From Auanema rhodensis (Eukaryota; Animalia; Nematoda): a stretch of 64,000 bases of DNA. A model generated the notes under the pieces. It saw only the letters and a program-made list of their open reading frames with translations, did not search any database and was not told the DNA's origin. The translations under genes and the position numbers were made by a program. The stretch is from NCBI GenBank assembly GCA_964057225.1, contig OZ059900.1, forward strand, positions 9,486,001 to 9,550,000, given 5' to 3'. This document shows positions 63,510 through 64,000 of the stretch, one piece after another; position 1 is the first letter of the stretch; each line of letters opens with the position of its first letter.

Positions 63510-64000
63510 CAACTTTTGGCAAAAATAAAACATCGCGTTATGTTCTTTTATTCTTTATGTTCAGTTCTAATGTAATCTTACTTTTAGCTTTGTTTTATTA
63601 TATTATACTTATAGTTATATAGTTAATAAACCTTTTTATCTCTCTTACTCTTTGATTTCTTATTTCACAGTAAATCACACTTCATACATTCTTAATACAG
63701 TTCCATACTCCTTCATTCTCTCTTAGTCTCCCCCTCTTAGGTTCTGTTATAATTACTATGAAACGCTAACTAAATTATATAAACTGTAATTATATGGATT
63801 GCGAATTCAAATGCTATTTTTATGAAGAAAAAAAAACTTATTTAACACTACTTCACTTCTAATCAATGCATTTTTTATAAGAGCTAATAAGTAATGAAGA
63901 AACTTTTAACCATATTTCGATATAAAATTTATTAATTATTTTCTTATTACAGTTGTGTGATAGAATGTAAACAAACTAGTAGTACTCAGAAACACATATA

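Overview
AT-rich nematode genomic DNA (40-55 nt introns, TTTCAG-type acceptors, nematode-type 5S and U2 sequences). 1-6.5 kb: unclassified modular repeat with a ~760-bp period. 8.2-45.3 kb: multi-exon genes: hid-1 (with a nested antisense C-type-lectin-like gene in one intron), an atypical Rab, a calmodulin-like EF-hand gene, ets-5/FEV, a PANK4-like gene with a degenerate kinase half, a secreted Cys-repeat protein and an ABCD4-type transporter. 45.7-49.4 kb: a ~3.6-kb palindrome with tRNA-like elements and a young 171-bp tandem array. 49.7-54.6 kb: a rearranged 5S rRNA/U2 snRNA cluster containing an orphan coiled-coil gene and a solo LTR inserted inside a 5S gene. 54.6-63.5 kb: a complete, apparently very recent BEL/Pao (belpaovirus) element with a single gag-pol-env ORF and phlebovirus-like envelope, inserted about 70 bp upstream of a 5S gene. 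Gene models were spliced by eye; no database searches were run and C. elegans comparisons are from memory.
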